Source: Eledone cirrhosa
Taxonomy: Eukaryota
NCBI GenBank assembly: GCA_964016885.1
Contig: OZ024744.1
Location: 114,514,001-114,578,000 of the forward strand
Length of the DNA stretch: 64,000 nt
Direction: 5' to 3'
Both the position numbers and the translations under genes were made by a program. This document shows, piece after piece, positions 33,778-47,700 of the stretch (positions are counted from its first letter, which is position 1; each line of letters begins with the position of its first letter). The notes under the pieces were generated by a model. The model ran no database searches. It worked only from the letters and a program-made list of their open reading frames with translations, and was not told where the DNA came from.

Positions 33778-33903
33778 AAAATGGTTTTATAAATATAGTT
33801 TCCATTTATTTAATATCGTAAATATACTCCAAATACTTGTTGAGTGCTTTTATATCAGTTATAAATATTTACTCGTTGTAACCCAACAATTTAAATAAAA
33901 CTT

Positions 33904-33944
<41 letters not shown>

Positions 33945-34189
33945 TCATACACACTTATTTACATGTGCACATATGTATTTTTATACTCACATACAAACAC
34001 CCAAACATACATACATACTTACATACACATACATACATCCACACTTACAAATACGAATAATTATAGGGGGGAGGGATTAAAATTATTAGTGGGAAATAGT
34101 AAATATAGGTTTCAAGGAACAGAATATTAATCTGCATTTAAATCATAATATGTGTTTACATAGTAGTGTCAGAAAGAAGGCAAAATTAT

Positions 34190-35075
34190 GCATTTTAATA
34201 TAAGTAGATTATTAATTATAGGTTAATTAAAGTAAAAATAGTTAATATATTAATTTCTAAGGTGTATACTACTTAGGTTTATAATATTTAAAGCGGAATT
34301 TTGAAGTTAAACAGTAGTAGAGTATTAATTATAGCATAACTAAATTAAAAATATTAACATGATGGTATCAATTTTAGGAAATGAATTTAGTAATAGGGAA
34401 AGCCAAATCAAGTATTTCATCGGTAGTAGAATATTAATTATAGGTTAACTAAATTAAAAATTATATATTAATTTCTATAGTATATGTTAATTAGGTTTAT
34501 AATAATTAAAGCAAATTTTGTATTTTATCTATAGTAGAATATAATTATAGGTTAACTAAAATTAAAATTAATCTATATATTTATTTGTAAAGAATATATT
34601 AATTAGGTATATATTTAAAAGTTTTTCTCAGTTTATGATTACATGATATTCTGCAATCCATCTGTATTAGAATTTTAATTTTAAGCTAACTAAATTAAAA
34701 TTAATTTATAAATTAATTTCTAAATTGTACATTAATTAGGTTTATAATATTAAAAAGTATTTCTCTGTTATTGATTACACGATATTTTGTTATATTTCAT
34801 CTGTAAAGGAATTTTAATAAAAGGTTAAATAAACTAAAATTAATCTATAAATTAATTTACAAAGTATATATTAATTATGTTAATAATATTTAAAAGTTTT
34901 TCACAATTTATGATTACACAATATTTTTTTATTTCATCTGGTGTAGAATTTTAATTAAATTAAAATTATAGGTTAACTACATTTAAATTAAATTATATAT
35001 TAATTTCTAAAATATATATTATTAATTAGGTTTATAATATTTAAATGTTTTTCTCAGTTTATGATTACACGATAT
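34190..35075. repeat. AT-rich tandem array (~110-150-bp units) derived from the PLE ORF end/3'UTR
   Basis: ttaattaggtttataatatttaaa.gtttttctcagtttatgattacacgatat recurs at ~34600, 34732, 34871 and 35022, with more diverged units further left. Confidence 0.8.
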
Positions 35076-37169
35076 AATTAATTCCCGTCGCTTATTTAAT
35101 AGGATATCCTTAGATTTCATTATTTCAAATAGTTCTTGGGAACACAATCTACATTCATTTCTATTATTTTGATAAGGGGTGGCTCTTTTGAGCACACTCC
35201 AGGTCATATCATATTCTATATTCTTATTTCTATAACTATTAATTTTTTCTGCTAGAGATGTTGTATTAGCCAGTGCGGCATTTTTAAAACTATGTTTGTG
35301 GGTATTAAACCTTACCTTAAAATTGTTAGAAGTAGCTCCTATATATGAGCAAATAGAATCTTTAGTTTTAACTTTACATTTATAAACTATGTTGTTAAGA
35401 CAATTTCCTTTTAATGGGCAGTTTGCTTTGTTTCTACAGTTACAACCTTTCGTTAATTCTGTATTTGAGGAGATATTATGGTTAGTTTGATGTATTGGTG
35501 GTATACTTATGGTTTTTTTACATTTATATGCATTATAGGCACTTATATTTTGTTTTATGTTTTTGGTTGTTGAGTATGAGAATTTAACTGTTGATCTATT
35601 TAAGATTTGATGGTATTTGTGGTTTGGCGGGAAGTTTTTCTCTAGGATATAAAAAAATTTTTTAGCAATATTATCCTTAATTTGTAAATTAAATGGAGCA
35701 TTATACCAAGTAACTCGTCTATTACGGTTTCTATGTTGTTTATTGTTTTTATAGGATGCATCGTGATGTTTACTAGGAGGATTAATGTTAATGACCTCAC
35801 CACGCACATTTTTAGTTAGATTTATTGATTTAGGTGTTTTATCTTGTTTATTAGGAGTTTTATTATTAACATTTATTAGAGTTGTATGATGAGTAGTTTT
35901 TTGAGAGTTACTATACTTTATATTAGAGGAGTTAGAGAAAATTGGTTTTATGTTGGTATTTTGGGGTATAGTGTGAGTGGCATTTAGGTGTGTACTTTTC
36001 ATTTGGTGTTTGTTGGTAATATTAGGTTGTATGTTTATAGTGTTATTAGTAGAAGGTATATATTCCAATCTATTTTTGTGGCCACTTCTATCTAGAGCTT
36101 CGTTATAGAAGGTCGCATTTTTATCAAATACATCTTGGTTAGACGAAAGGTTAGAAATTCTAAGTGATATATTATATGCAAGGTTTTTAAGGATAGATTT
36201 AGGGTGATTAGATTGTGAGTGTATGTAGTGTAAGTTTTGGTTGGGTTTATGGTAAGGTTGGTAGATACCCGTAGCTAAGTCTAAAGTTATATCTAGGAAA
36301 TTAACTACTTTACTTGTGTTTTCAAAAGTAATATGAAGACTATAATAGTCTTTAAGGAAAGTTCTAATAAGCTTTTTGTTTTTTTCTATCTCTGAGAGGC
36401 TAAGGTTATTGGAAAGATGAAGACAGTCGTCACGATATAAACCACCTTTAAGGTGGGGAAAGGAAGCATTTATGTTAAAAAGAAGAAAGAGGCCCACAAG
36501 ATCAGTAATTTGGGAAGAATCGCATGAACCCATAGTAATATCAAATAGATTACTATATGTGTTTCTGGTCCAGTATTCATTCTGAAATTCAATAAGTGTT
36601 AGTCTAGCATGTGTAATAATATTAATGTCATCCAAAGTTAAGTTAGATCTATTTTTAGCAAATATCAAGGCTTTGTTCAGGAGTATAGGTGATATAGAAG
36701 AATAGTAATTATCTATATCAAATTGTAGAAATGAAGCAGAAGATTTACATCTAATATTTTTAAACCAGTTAATTACCTGCGAAGTGTTTTCCCAGAGTGG
36801 TAAATTAACATGTTTTCTTATTTGTGGGATGACTCTATCCAAACATTTTTTGCTAATTATTCCAATATCAGATTTGGAGGGACATATAAGTCTTATAGAA
36901 GGATTTGAGTTAAAGTTTGATTTATGATCCTTCAGGTTAAAGTGTGATCTTTTCAATGCCAAAGGTTCAGTTCTATCTTCAATGTTTAGTTTGTTTACTA
37001 TGCTGTGTGTTTTGTTGTTAATGTTGGTGAGTGACGCATTATTAGTTTTTCTATAATTTTTCCTGAGTTCTTTATATATGAACTCATTATAATTTTCAAT
37101 ATCCATGTGATACAAGTTTCCAGTTTTGTCCGAGTGGACATGGAATTTTTTAGACTTTTTTAGGTCCAA
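35022..37169 (-). CDS. Naiad-like Penelope RT + GIY-YIG ORF (715 aa open, 5'-truncated)
   Basis: DKTGNLY, LKDHK..RLICPSKSDIG, FDIDNYYSSI, MGSCD, GGLYRDD, YHKPN, CNCR..CPL.G.C..IVY..YIG, CRLC..E, CNH. Confidence 0.92.
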   Translation of the reverse strand: MDLKKSKKFHVHSDKTGNLYHMDIENYNEFIYKELRKNYRKTNNASLTNINNKTHSIVNKLNIEDRTEPLALKRSHFNLKDHKSNFNSNPSIRLICPSKSDIGIISKKCLDRVIPQIRKHVNLPLWENTSQVINWFKNIRCKSSASFLQFDIDNYYSSISPILLNKALIFAKNRSNLTLDDINIITHARLTLIEFQNEYWTRNTYSNLFDITMGSCDSSQITDLVGLFLLFNINASFPHLKGGLYRDDCLHLSNNLSLSEIEKNKKLIRTFLKDYYSLHITFENTSKVVNFLDITLDLATGIYQPYHKPNQNLHYIHSQSNHPKSILKNLAYNISLRISNLSSNQDVFDKNATFYNEALDRSGHKNRLEYIPSTNNTINIQPNITNKHQMKSTHLNATHTIPQNTNIKPIFSNSSNIKYSNSQKTTHHTTLINVNNKTPNKQDKTPKSINLTKNVRGEVININPPSKHHDASYKNNKQHRNRNRRVTWYNAPFNLQIKDNIAKKFFYILEKNFPPNHKYHQILNRSTVKFSYSTTKNIKQNISAYNAYKCKKTISIPPIHQTNHNISSNTELTKGCNCRNKANCPLKGNCLNNIVYKCKVKTKDSICSYIGATSNNFKVRFNTHKHSFKNAALANTTSLAEKINSYRNKNIEYDMTWSVLKRATPYQNNRNECRLCSQELFEIMKSKDILLNKRRELIISCNHKLRKTFKYYKPN

Positions 37170-37264
37170 TAGGGTAGAATCAAGGTCCTTTTGAAAGACA
37201 GATTTATACTTCTTAAATTTGAGGTGTTTAATTAAATTAAAAAGGTCTTTCTCAAAGTCTTCAA

Positions 37265-37500
37265 GTAGAATATAATTATAGGTTAACTAAAATTAAAATT
37301 AATCTATATATTTATTTGTAAAGAATATATTAATTAGGTATATATTTAAAAGTTTTTCTCAGTTTATGATTACATGATATTCTGCAATCCATCTGTATTA
37401 GAATTTTAATTTTAAGCTAACTAAATTAAAATTATAGGTTAACTAAATTAAAATTAATTTATAAATTAATTTATAAATTGTACATTAATTAGGTTTATAA
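37265..37500. repeat. Direct copy of 34533-34750 at the 5' end of the PLE (partial-tandem pLTR)
   Basis: Near-identical sequence agtagaatataattataggttaac...attaggtttataata. Confidence 0.85.
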
Positions 37501-37556
37501 TATACATATATATACACGTATACATATATATATATATATATGTATACGTGTATTTG

Positions 37557-38852
<1,296 letters not shown>

Positions 38853-39004
38853 CGTGTGTTGTATTGAAGCAAATAACTATGTGTATACTCTGGGAATGTA
38901 TCTTACATTGACCATGGGGTACGCTGAGATACAGCCGGTACTCGCATTGATAAATATGCTGGGTCCGTCAATTCCTTATATATATACACACATTATATAT
39001 ATAT

Positions 39005-42000
39005 ATCATCATCATCATCATCGTTTAATGTCCATCTTCCACGCTAGCATGGGTCTGGCCGGGAATTGTCCCACTTGAGGCCAGATTGGTCGTCTCGCTC
39101 GTATAGGACTGTCTGGCGGGTTTTCTACGGCTGGATGCCCTTCCTAACACCAACCGCGTTTACTGTGTGGACTGGGAGGTTTTTACCGTGTTACCTACAC
39201 GGCCACATTACAGCGTGGACTGTGTGTTTTTTGTCGTGACATCTACACGACCTCATTTGTTTCGGGCTGGATGTTGTGGTATCAACATAACTTTACATCG
39301 AAAGGGGTGGTGTAGATGGGGTGGGGGTAGGGGTAGTGGGACGGGGTGTCTTTTGTCTAAGAGGTGCCTACTGACTGTAGGTTTCGCTCTGTACTTAGGC
39401 AAGGCGGGTCTTCTGTATTACTACGTAGCGCCAAAGATCTCGGTCCAGTGACATTGTCTTGGAGAGGTGTAAGTGTGTGAGGTTGGAATTTATCAAGTCC
39501 TCCCAGGTTTTTCTGGGTCTGCCTACTCCGTGGCTACCGTCTATTTTGATCGCCCTGCACTTTGTTATACAGCTGTCATCTTTCATGCGCATCACGTGAC
39601 CATACCAACGTAGTCTTCTCTCGAATAAACAGCATCTGATCCCTCTTATTCCTAATTTCTCCCTTAGTTCATTTATGCTTTGCCGTTCATGTATATTATT
39701 ATTACACATCCAGCGGAGCATGCAAGCTTCGTTCCTCTCCAGTCTGCGTATATCCTCTACACACAATGCCCAGGTCTCACTGCCATGTAACATCGCTGTT
39801 CGTATGCAGGCATCATACAGCCTGCCTTTCATTTTTAGAGAGAACCCTTTAGCGGCCAATAGTGGTATAAGCTCTGAACTTTTTCCATCCCGTTCTGACT
39901 CTAGCTACTGTACTTTCAGAGCACCCTCCACCACTGCTCATTTTGTCACCCAGGTAACGGAAGGTGTCCACTATTTCTATAGAACCATCTGTGCAATGGA
40001 ATGAGCTAGTATTCTGTGGGCATTTGCTGCTACTTATTGCACCTGATCACCGGCCACATATAAAATCTATGTTCTTAGATAGCTTACCTGTGATCCCACT
40101 ACGTGTTTTATGCAACCATACTTTGCATTTGGGACATAAAATGGAGTTTCTGCCAAATCTTTTACTACACACTGAGAATGGCCATTTCCCAGATGGGACC
40201 AGTGCCCTATTTTCCTTCCTACATATTAGAACTTTAGTCTTAGATAAGTTTATTTTAAGGCCTTTTGATTCTAGCCTATGCTTCCATGTTTGGAATTTCT
40301 TCTCTAGTTCAGCCATTGATTCGGCTATGAACGTTAGATCATCAGCGTATAAGAGTTCCCATGGGCAGCCGGTCTTGAACTCCTCTGTTATAGCCTGGAG
40401 GGACATAATAAATAGGAGGGAGCCAAGACGGAGCCTTGATGAACACCAATTTTTACGCTAAACTCTTCACTATATTCGTTGTTAATTCTAACCTTGCTGA
40501 CTCTTTATACATGGCTTGTATAGCTCTCACAAGCCATTCATCAACACCTAGTTTTCTGAGAGCCCACCAGATAATGGGGCGTGGGACTCTGTCAAAGGCT
40601 TTCTCCAAGTCAACGAAAGCTAAGTATAGGGGTTTACGTTTAGCTAGGTACTTCTCCTGTAGTTGTCGTACAATGAAAAGAGCGTCTGTGGTACTTTTAC
40701 CTGACACAAACCTGAACTGCATTTCATCTAGATCAATTCGCTCTCTGATTAGTTGAGCTATTACTTTTTCTGTGACCTTCATGACCTGGTCAATTAATTT
40801 AATGCCTCTATAGTTTCCCCTATCTGGGGCATCTCCTTTACCCTTGTAGCAGTTAACGATGATGCTGCTACGCCAGTCCTTTGGTACGGCCCCATTCTGT
40901 ATGACTTGGTTTACTATCCGGGTGACCATAGTGTGTTCCACCGTTCCAGATGCTTTCAGCATTTCAGCAACTATTTCCGAAGGCCCAGCCGCCTTGCATG
41001 TCTTCATATCTTTGATTGTCTTACTTATTATATTACCTTCAACTTGCACTGCTGGTCCCTCTATTGGATCGATGTGGGGGGAGACTGTCATTCTCCCATT
41101 TATTATCCTCATTTAGTAGCCTTTAGTAGTGACTCTTCCAAGCTACCTTCTTATCAGCGTCAGTGATGGCAAGTACACCATCATCATTAAGTACACACTT
41201 CTCCCCAACAATATCACGGTTTTCCTTGACACATTGCCTAGCAATCCTGAACACCTCACGTTTTTGGTCCTCGCGTTGTAGAACATGCTTGAACTTTCTT
41301 TCCTCTGCTTCCCTTCTTGCGAAGTACACTTGTCTCCTAGCCACTTGATAGTCTTCTCTACTACCCCCATCCCGCCATACTTTCCAAGCCTGCTTTGTGA
41401 CTCCTCCACCTTACTGTTCCACCACCAAGTTACTCTCCTCCTGCCTATAGGTCTGCTCCAGCCACATATTCCATCTGTCGCCTTCAGCAGGTTAGCTTTC
41501 AGGAATTCCCACTGTTCCTCTATATTGTACGACTCTAATTGCTCTTCCTTACTATCAAATGCATCAAGTAACATGCTTTTAAATTTATTACTGGCTGTGG
41601 GGTCCTTTAACTTCCATATTTTTCTCCTGAGGATAGTCCTCCTCTGTTGTCTAGTACTTTTCGTCCTGACTATGAGGTCGCTAACTATGAGGCTATGTTG
41701 GGAGGTGCATTCTTCATGGGGGAGGGATTTAGTGTTTACAACAGACACTCTGTCACGTCTTCTGCTAAGGATATAATCTATCTGATTGGCGTGTTCCCCT
41801 GATCTATAGGTGATCAAGTCATTGTCTCGTTTTTTGAAGTTAGTGTTACAGATAGTTAGGTTATTTGCGTCACAGAATTCCAGGATTCTGGAGCCTTCCT
41901 CATTTCTAGTACCAAACCCATAGCCTCCATGGATTCCGCCATAGCCGTCACAGTGTTGCCCAACGTGACTATTTAGGTCACCAGTAATAATTATGTAGTC

Positions 42001-42850
42001 ACTGTCGGTTATTTGGGAGGTAGTGAGCATTAGTGACTCATAGAATCTGTCTTTTATAACACCAGGTAGTCCGGATTGGGGTGCATAAGCAGATATTATT
42101 GTCACAGTAGTTCTATTGAGGACAAGTCTTATTTTAATTATTCTGTCGTTCACTCTATTTACGTCTATTGTCTTATCTGCCCACTTTTGTGTTACCATGA
42201 ATCCTACTCCACCCAGCCCATTGTCATTTCCCACCCAGAAAAGCTTATAGCATCGTTTTTTACCCACAATGAATCTAGCAGACCCACCCTTCCACCTGGT
42301 CTCTTGAATACATCAAACATCAACCTCCTTACGTTCAAGCATCTCTACAACCTCGTTAGAGCGACCTTTTAAGGTGCCTACATTCATGGTACCAACTCTG
42401 AAGTTTTGGATTGCGTTTGGTGGGTGGAAAGGATGGAGCGCAGGGAGGGGGGTTATGTTTGCCATCCGCGGCCGAAATAAAGAGGAGGAGTCCTTGCATT
42501 CTCGTCCGGTAACATGAGGTGAATTTTTCTTTATCTTGGCATTGTCACTGAGTGTCCAGAATTTTCAGACTCTCCAGAATTCCGTAGTCAATCCATCATA
42601 TCGAAAGGCAACCAGGTCTAAACTTAAGAAGTGATAACATAGGCCGCTAGATTATGATTGGTCCAAATAATAATGGTGGCGAGTCGGGGGGGGGGGGGGT
42701 CGGGGGGTAGTTAGCGAGAAGGTTATAAAATAAAATCCACGAATTTTGGCCATAATTGAACGAGCATATAACTGTGATAAGAGAAGAATTATGGGATTTT
42801 AAAATACAAGAAGATTATTTTGAACGATCAGACAGAATTATCGAATAGCA
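39005..42850 (-). mobile_element. Near full-length RTE LINE family A, frameshifted (APE + RT with PHD insert)
   Basis: APE 41143-42400 (SAYAPQ, GDLNSHVG, QIDY); RT 39395-41112 (YADDL); (GAT)n tail at ~39006-39021. Confidence 0.93.
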
Positions 42851-42864
42851 TTGAAAAAGAAAAG

Positions 42865-42942
<78 letters not shown>

Positions 42943-43049
42943 CATACATATATATATATATATACATACATATATATATATACATATATACATATATAAA
43001 TATATATATATATACATATATATAATATATATATATACATATATATATA

Positions 43050-43755
43050 ATGAACAACAACAACGGTAGCAGCAGCAGCAGCAACAACAACAACAACAAT
43101 AACATCAACAACGACAACAACAACGACAACAACAACTACCACCATCACCACCATCACTGACACCATCCAGCACCACCATCGCCATCACTGACACTATACA
43201 CCACCTTCACCACCATCACTACCACCACCACCACCTTCAGCATCACTGACACCATCCACCACCACCACCATCAATGGCACCACCCACCACCACCACCATC
43301 AGCACCATCACTGTCTCCGTACACCACCACCACCATCACCATCACTGACACTATCCACCACCTTCACCACCACCACTAACACCATCCACCACCATCACTG
43401 GCACCATCCACCACCATCACCACCACCATTCACCACCAACACCACCATCACTGGCACCATCCACCACCATCACCAGCAACCAGGCCTTAAAAACAGCTAT
43501 AATATTCACCATTCACCACCAACACCACCATCATTAGCACCATCGACCACCACCACCATCACCATCACTGACAACATCCACCGCCACCACCACCATCACC
43601 ATCCCTGACACCATCCACCACCACCACCATCACCAGCGATAATCATACTAAATAACTAGTCTGTTCTTGGCACGGGGCAGCGATTGTTCCAGTGCATTGC
43701 TGGAAAAGTCAACAGTTGACATGATTTTGATTTTGTATCAGTACTGACGGTAATA
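43050..43755 (+). repeat. Unclassified CAA/CAC-rich dispersed repeat (copy 2) with internal accatccaccaccaccatcactgac minisatellite
   Basis: Shares its 3' blocks with 20063-20655. Confidence 0.7.
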
Positions 43756-43839
43756 TATATATATATACATTATGAAGAGAGAAGGAACATTTAGATATAA
43801 TTAGTAATAAAATGTATCATACCTAAACTGCTCCTAGAT

Positions 43840-43929
43840 TCCTCGACTACGTAGTTTCGTGGCATAAACAAAAACAGTACATCATAAAGATATAGAGCCC
43901 TTGCGAGGTCTGCCGACTTATCAAGAGGA
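43840..43929 (-). ncRNA. Type-I hammerhead, U3-A8 variant with large stem II insertion
   Basis: tcctc TTGATAA gt(c)ggca..50 nt..tgccac GAAA ctacgtag TC gagga; palindromic ACTACGTAGT; GUC triplet. Confidence 0.78.
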
Positions 43930-44099
43930 TACCTAATTTTATAGCTTCAAGAACGCGTCTACACGACGTGAGAAAGAATCCCAAAAGGCGGAGGGGGAGA
44001 TAGTCACGCGATATAACGGTCGAGAAACAGAGCTAAGCCTCCTATAACCTCGAAGAAAATACCACGGAGGCGGAGGGGGTATTTATATCGAAGCCGTAG

Positions 44100-44125
<26 letters not shown>

Positions 44126-44131
<6 letters not shown>

Positions 44132-44595
44132 GTTAAAGTGTACATCTACATATGTATACGGAAGTATTAGTATGCATATAAATACACACATGTATACATA
44201 TGTACATGTGCTGAGTTTTTCACTAGACACTTTACAGTGAGTGTCAGGTAGTCTGTATGTAACCACACAGACGGACCGGGTTTTAGAGTCATACGAGTTT
44301 TCAAGGAAACACATTTCCTCTATTCTCCAGAGAGCCAGACAGGAATATTGGACTAGTTTCGATGTTATTACATCTCATCAGCAATGTTTATAACAGAATA
44401 GAGGAAATGTGTTTCCTTGAAAACTCGTATGACTCTAAAACCCGGTCCGTCTGTGTGGTTACATACAGACTAGCTGACACTCACTGTAAAGTGTCTAGTG
44501 AAAAACTCAGTACATGTACATATGTATACATGTGTGTATTTATATGCATACTAATACTTCCGTATACATATGTAGATGTACACTTTAACTTAATT
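44126..44595. repeat. Fold-back: 201-bp inverted arms around a 68-bp spacer holding a hammerhead
   Basis: 44126-44326 is the reverse complement of 44395-44595 with about 2 mismatches. Confidence 0.93.
44344..44388 (-). ncRNA. Canonical minimal type-I hammerhead ribozyme
   Basis: aacattg CTGATGA gatgt-aata-acatc GAAA ctag TC caatatt; G10.1-C11.1 pair, palindromic ACTAGT, GUC triplet. Confidence 0.9.
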
Positions 44596-44662
44596 GTTTA
44601 AGCGTCAGTCATACAAAAGTGAGTTAGAAGCGAAACGAAATTTAATTTCGTTTCGTTATTTG

Positions 44663-44706
<44 letters not shown>

Positions 44707-44794
44707 AGTGGTGTTGGTTTGTATGCATGAGTGTTGGTGTGTGAGTGGTGTGTGTGTTTGTAGTTTGTATGCATGAGTGTTGGTGTGTGTCGTG

Positions 44795-47700
44795 AGTGTC
44801 AATAAGTGGGGGGGGGGGGGGGTAGTTTGTTTTTTTTATGTTTTTTTATGACCATGCTGTAAAATGGAGGGGTAGAGAGGGCCCTTGAGTCTAGTAAGAC
44901 ATCCTCTCTAGTGCTGGTGGCACAAATAAAAGCACCCAGTCCATGCTGTAAAGTGGAGCTGGTGTTAGGAAGGGCATCCAACCAGTGCATCAATGCCAAA
45001 ACGATTATTAGCACAGCAACAAGTATATAGGAACAACAAAATATGAAGACGTCACATCTCAGAGTTGCAACACATAATGTTGGCACTCTCAGAGGTAAAT
45101 CTGCTGAAATAGCGGAGATGCTGGAGAGAAGGGATGTGGATGTGTGCTGCGTGCAAGAGGTGAGATGGAGAGGTGCCTCTGCGAGACTAGTCGTAGGCAA
45201 ACATCTTAGCTATAAGCTTTTCTGGGTAGGTAAGGATGATGGGTTAGGGGGAGTAGGCATTTTCCTGGCTGAGAGATGGATCAATAAGACAATAGAGATA
45301 GTTCGAGTTAATAATCGAATAATTAAGCTTAGATTAGTTGTAGGCAGGAGACTACTGACAATCATCTCTGTCTATGCTCCCCAAGCAGGCCTAGGCAAAG
45401 ATGAGAAAGACTGCTTTAACGAGCAACTTTTACAAACAACCGCAATGACAGAGGACGGAGACTTCGTTACGCTAGCAGGGGACTTCAATGGTCATGTTGG
45501 ACAGCTCCAGGTTGGTTACACTGGGGTACATGGTGGGCACGGTTACGGATCAAGAAATGAAGAAGGAGTGAGACTTCTTGAATTTTGTGATGCATGTATG
45601 TAGCGAAATCTATCCGCGCCTTGAACCTCGAGTGACACCTAAAGACCAAATTCTAGGTCACCACATTTATTGTGTTAACAAGTTCATGCGTGGGCTGTCC
45701 CTCAGGTTGGAGGACAGGAAGTGACAGCTATATATAAAGCCTGTATCATCCCACGTTTACGCAGAGACATCGGAGCATTACGCAAGCAACTAACTATGTA
45801 AGGATTTACTGCTATCAATAGACCCTAAGGGTCTACAGAGTCAGATACATCAGAGCATTACACCTGTAACTAACTATGTAAGGACTCACCACTATCAACA
45901 GACCCCAATGAGGTCTACAGATACACGCAGATAGATTTGAGCCATACTCTACAGACCATGTACAAGCCACAGTGGTCTACAACTAATTACAGACCATTCA
46001 GAGATATACAAACCATATCTCTCTCTTATTAACTACGGTCTCACAACTACTACCACGGACTCCAAATTCCAACAACAACAACAATTATCTGTCGCTCGCT
46101 GTTTTCACAACAACAACAACAACAGACTACAACAGCCTCACATCAGCAGTAATAACAACATTAACAACTCTTGGTAACTGTTTTATATGTACTTTTTAAT
46201 TGATTCACGTAAAGTAAACTATATTTAACCAAATCATTTATTCTTTATATTCTTTATATTCTCGTTATTACACCTATTCCTATTATATTTTGTTATTATC
46301 ATATCAACTAATAACCACATATAACCATCTAACTTTTCGTTTTAACTCTTCGTTAAAAGTACACTGACTATTTGCAACACTAACTTCCAGAAACCTGCCA
46401 ACCACCTAATAACCTACAAATCATAAGCCAGATTGACTTCCTGCTAGTTAGGCAGCGGGACAGGCAGATAGTGTCTAATACCAAGGCATACCCTGGGGAA
46501 GAATGTACCCCACAGCATAGGTGAGTTGTTAGTGATATCTCAGTAAGCAAGAGATGGAATGAGACATATAGGAAGGTGTGGAGAAGAAAGTTCTGGAAGC
46601 TAAAAGACCTTTCACTAAAATACAAATTTAGGAAAGCCCTTCAAGATGTATATGACGAAAAAGAAGACGATTTAGAGACGTATGACATAGATAATAACTG
46701 GAAGTTCTTACGTGACAACTTGCTGCAGGCTACTGATGAAACCTGTGGCTGGAGCAGAGCTCCAACCAGACAGAGAGTGACCTGGTGGTGGAACAGCACA
46801 GTAGATAAGGCTATTAGAGACAAAAGACTAGCATGGAAGGCTTTGAAAAAGGGTGGGAGTAGGGAAGAATATACAGCCACTAAGAGAGAAGCTAGACGTC
46901 AGGTGTACTTAGCACGCAGGGAGGCAGAGAGTAGGAGATTTGCCAATGTTCTGCGACGAGAAGATCAGAGGCGTGTGGTGTTCCACATTGCAAGGCAGTG
47001 TGTCAATGCAAATCAGGATGTTGTTGGAGATAAATGTGTCCGGAATGATGCTGTTGTACTTAGTGTCACGAATGATCAGAAAAAGGAGGCCTGGAAATGT
47101 CATTATGAGAGACTGATGAATGTGGAGAACGAATGGGAGAGAGAGAAATTACCCTTAGTAGATCCGACAGAGGGACCAGCTATTGAGATTGACGAGTATA
47201 GGGTCCAAGGAAATGAAAAATGGTAAGACTGCCGGACCATCGGGAATAGTTGCTGAGATGCTGAAGGCATCAGGAGACGTAGGCACTAAACTGGTTGCAC
47301 GCATCATCAATCAAGCTATATATGGTGGTGTCATACCCAAAGACTGGTGCAGCAGTATTCTCATATATTGCTACAAAGGTAAAGGGGGTGCTCTGGAGGG
47401 GAGCAATTATAGGGGTATAAAACTGATGGATCAGGTTATGAAAGTGGCAGAAAGGATATTAGCACAACTAATTAGAGAAAGGGTCAAACTAGATGAGATG
47501 CAGTTTGGTTTTGTACCTGGGAAGAGTACAATAGATGCCCTCTTCTTGGTGAGACAATTACAAGAGAGGTTCTTAGAGAAAAATAAGCCACTATACTTAG
47601 CCTTTGTTGACCTAGAGAAGGCCTTTGATAGGGTACCCCCATCTGTCATCTGGTGGTCCCTAAGGAAGCTAGGTGTTGAAGAATGGCTTGTGAGGACAGT

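Larger units (their letters stand above)
32418..33820. repeat. ~1.4-kb ORF-less fold-back palindrome (two inverted pLTR-like arms)
   Basis: Arms 32418-33113 and 33140-33820 are reverse complements; identical peptide artefacts at 32575-32841(-) and 33412-33663(+); 26-bp spacer. Confidence 0.93.

Noticed and set aside
35022-37169. Possible selenoprotein-type Naiad (in-frame UGA at conserved Cys, described for some Naiads)
   Set aside because: In the six Naiad-like copies I read, the conserved linker/GIY-YIG Cys positions are TGC/TGT or ordinary substitutions; no UGA at those sites
38964-38977. TCCGTCAATTCCTT, matching a universal SSU rRNA motif on the minus strand
   Set aside because: Only 14 nt; the flanks show no rRNA similarity
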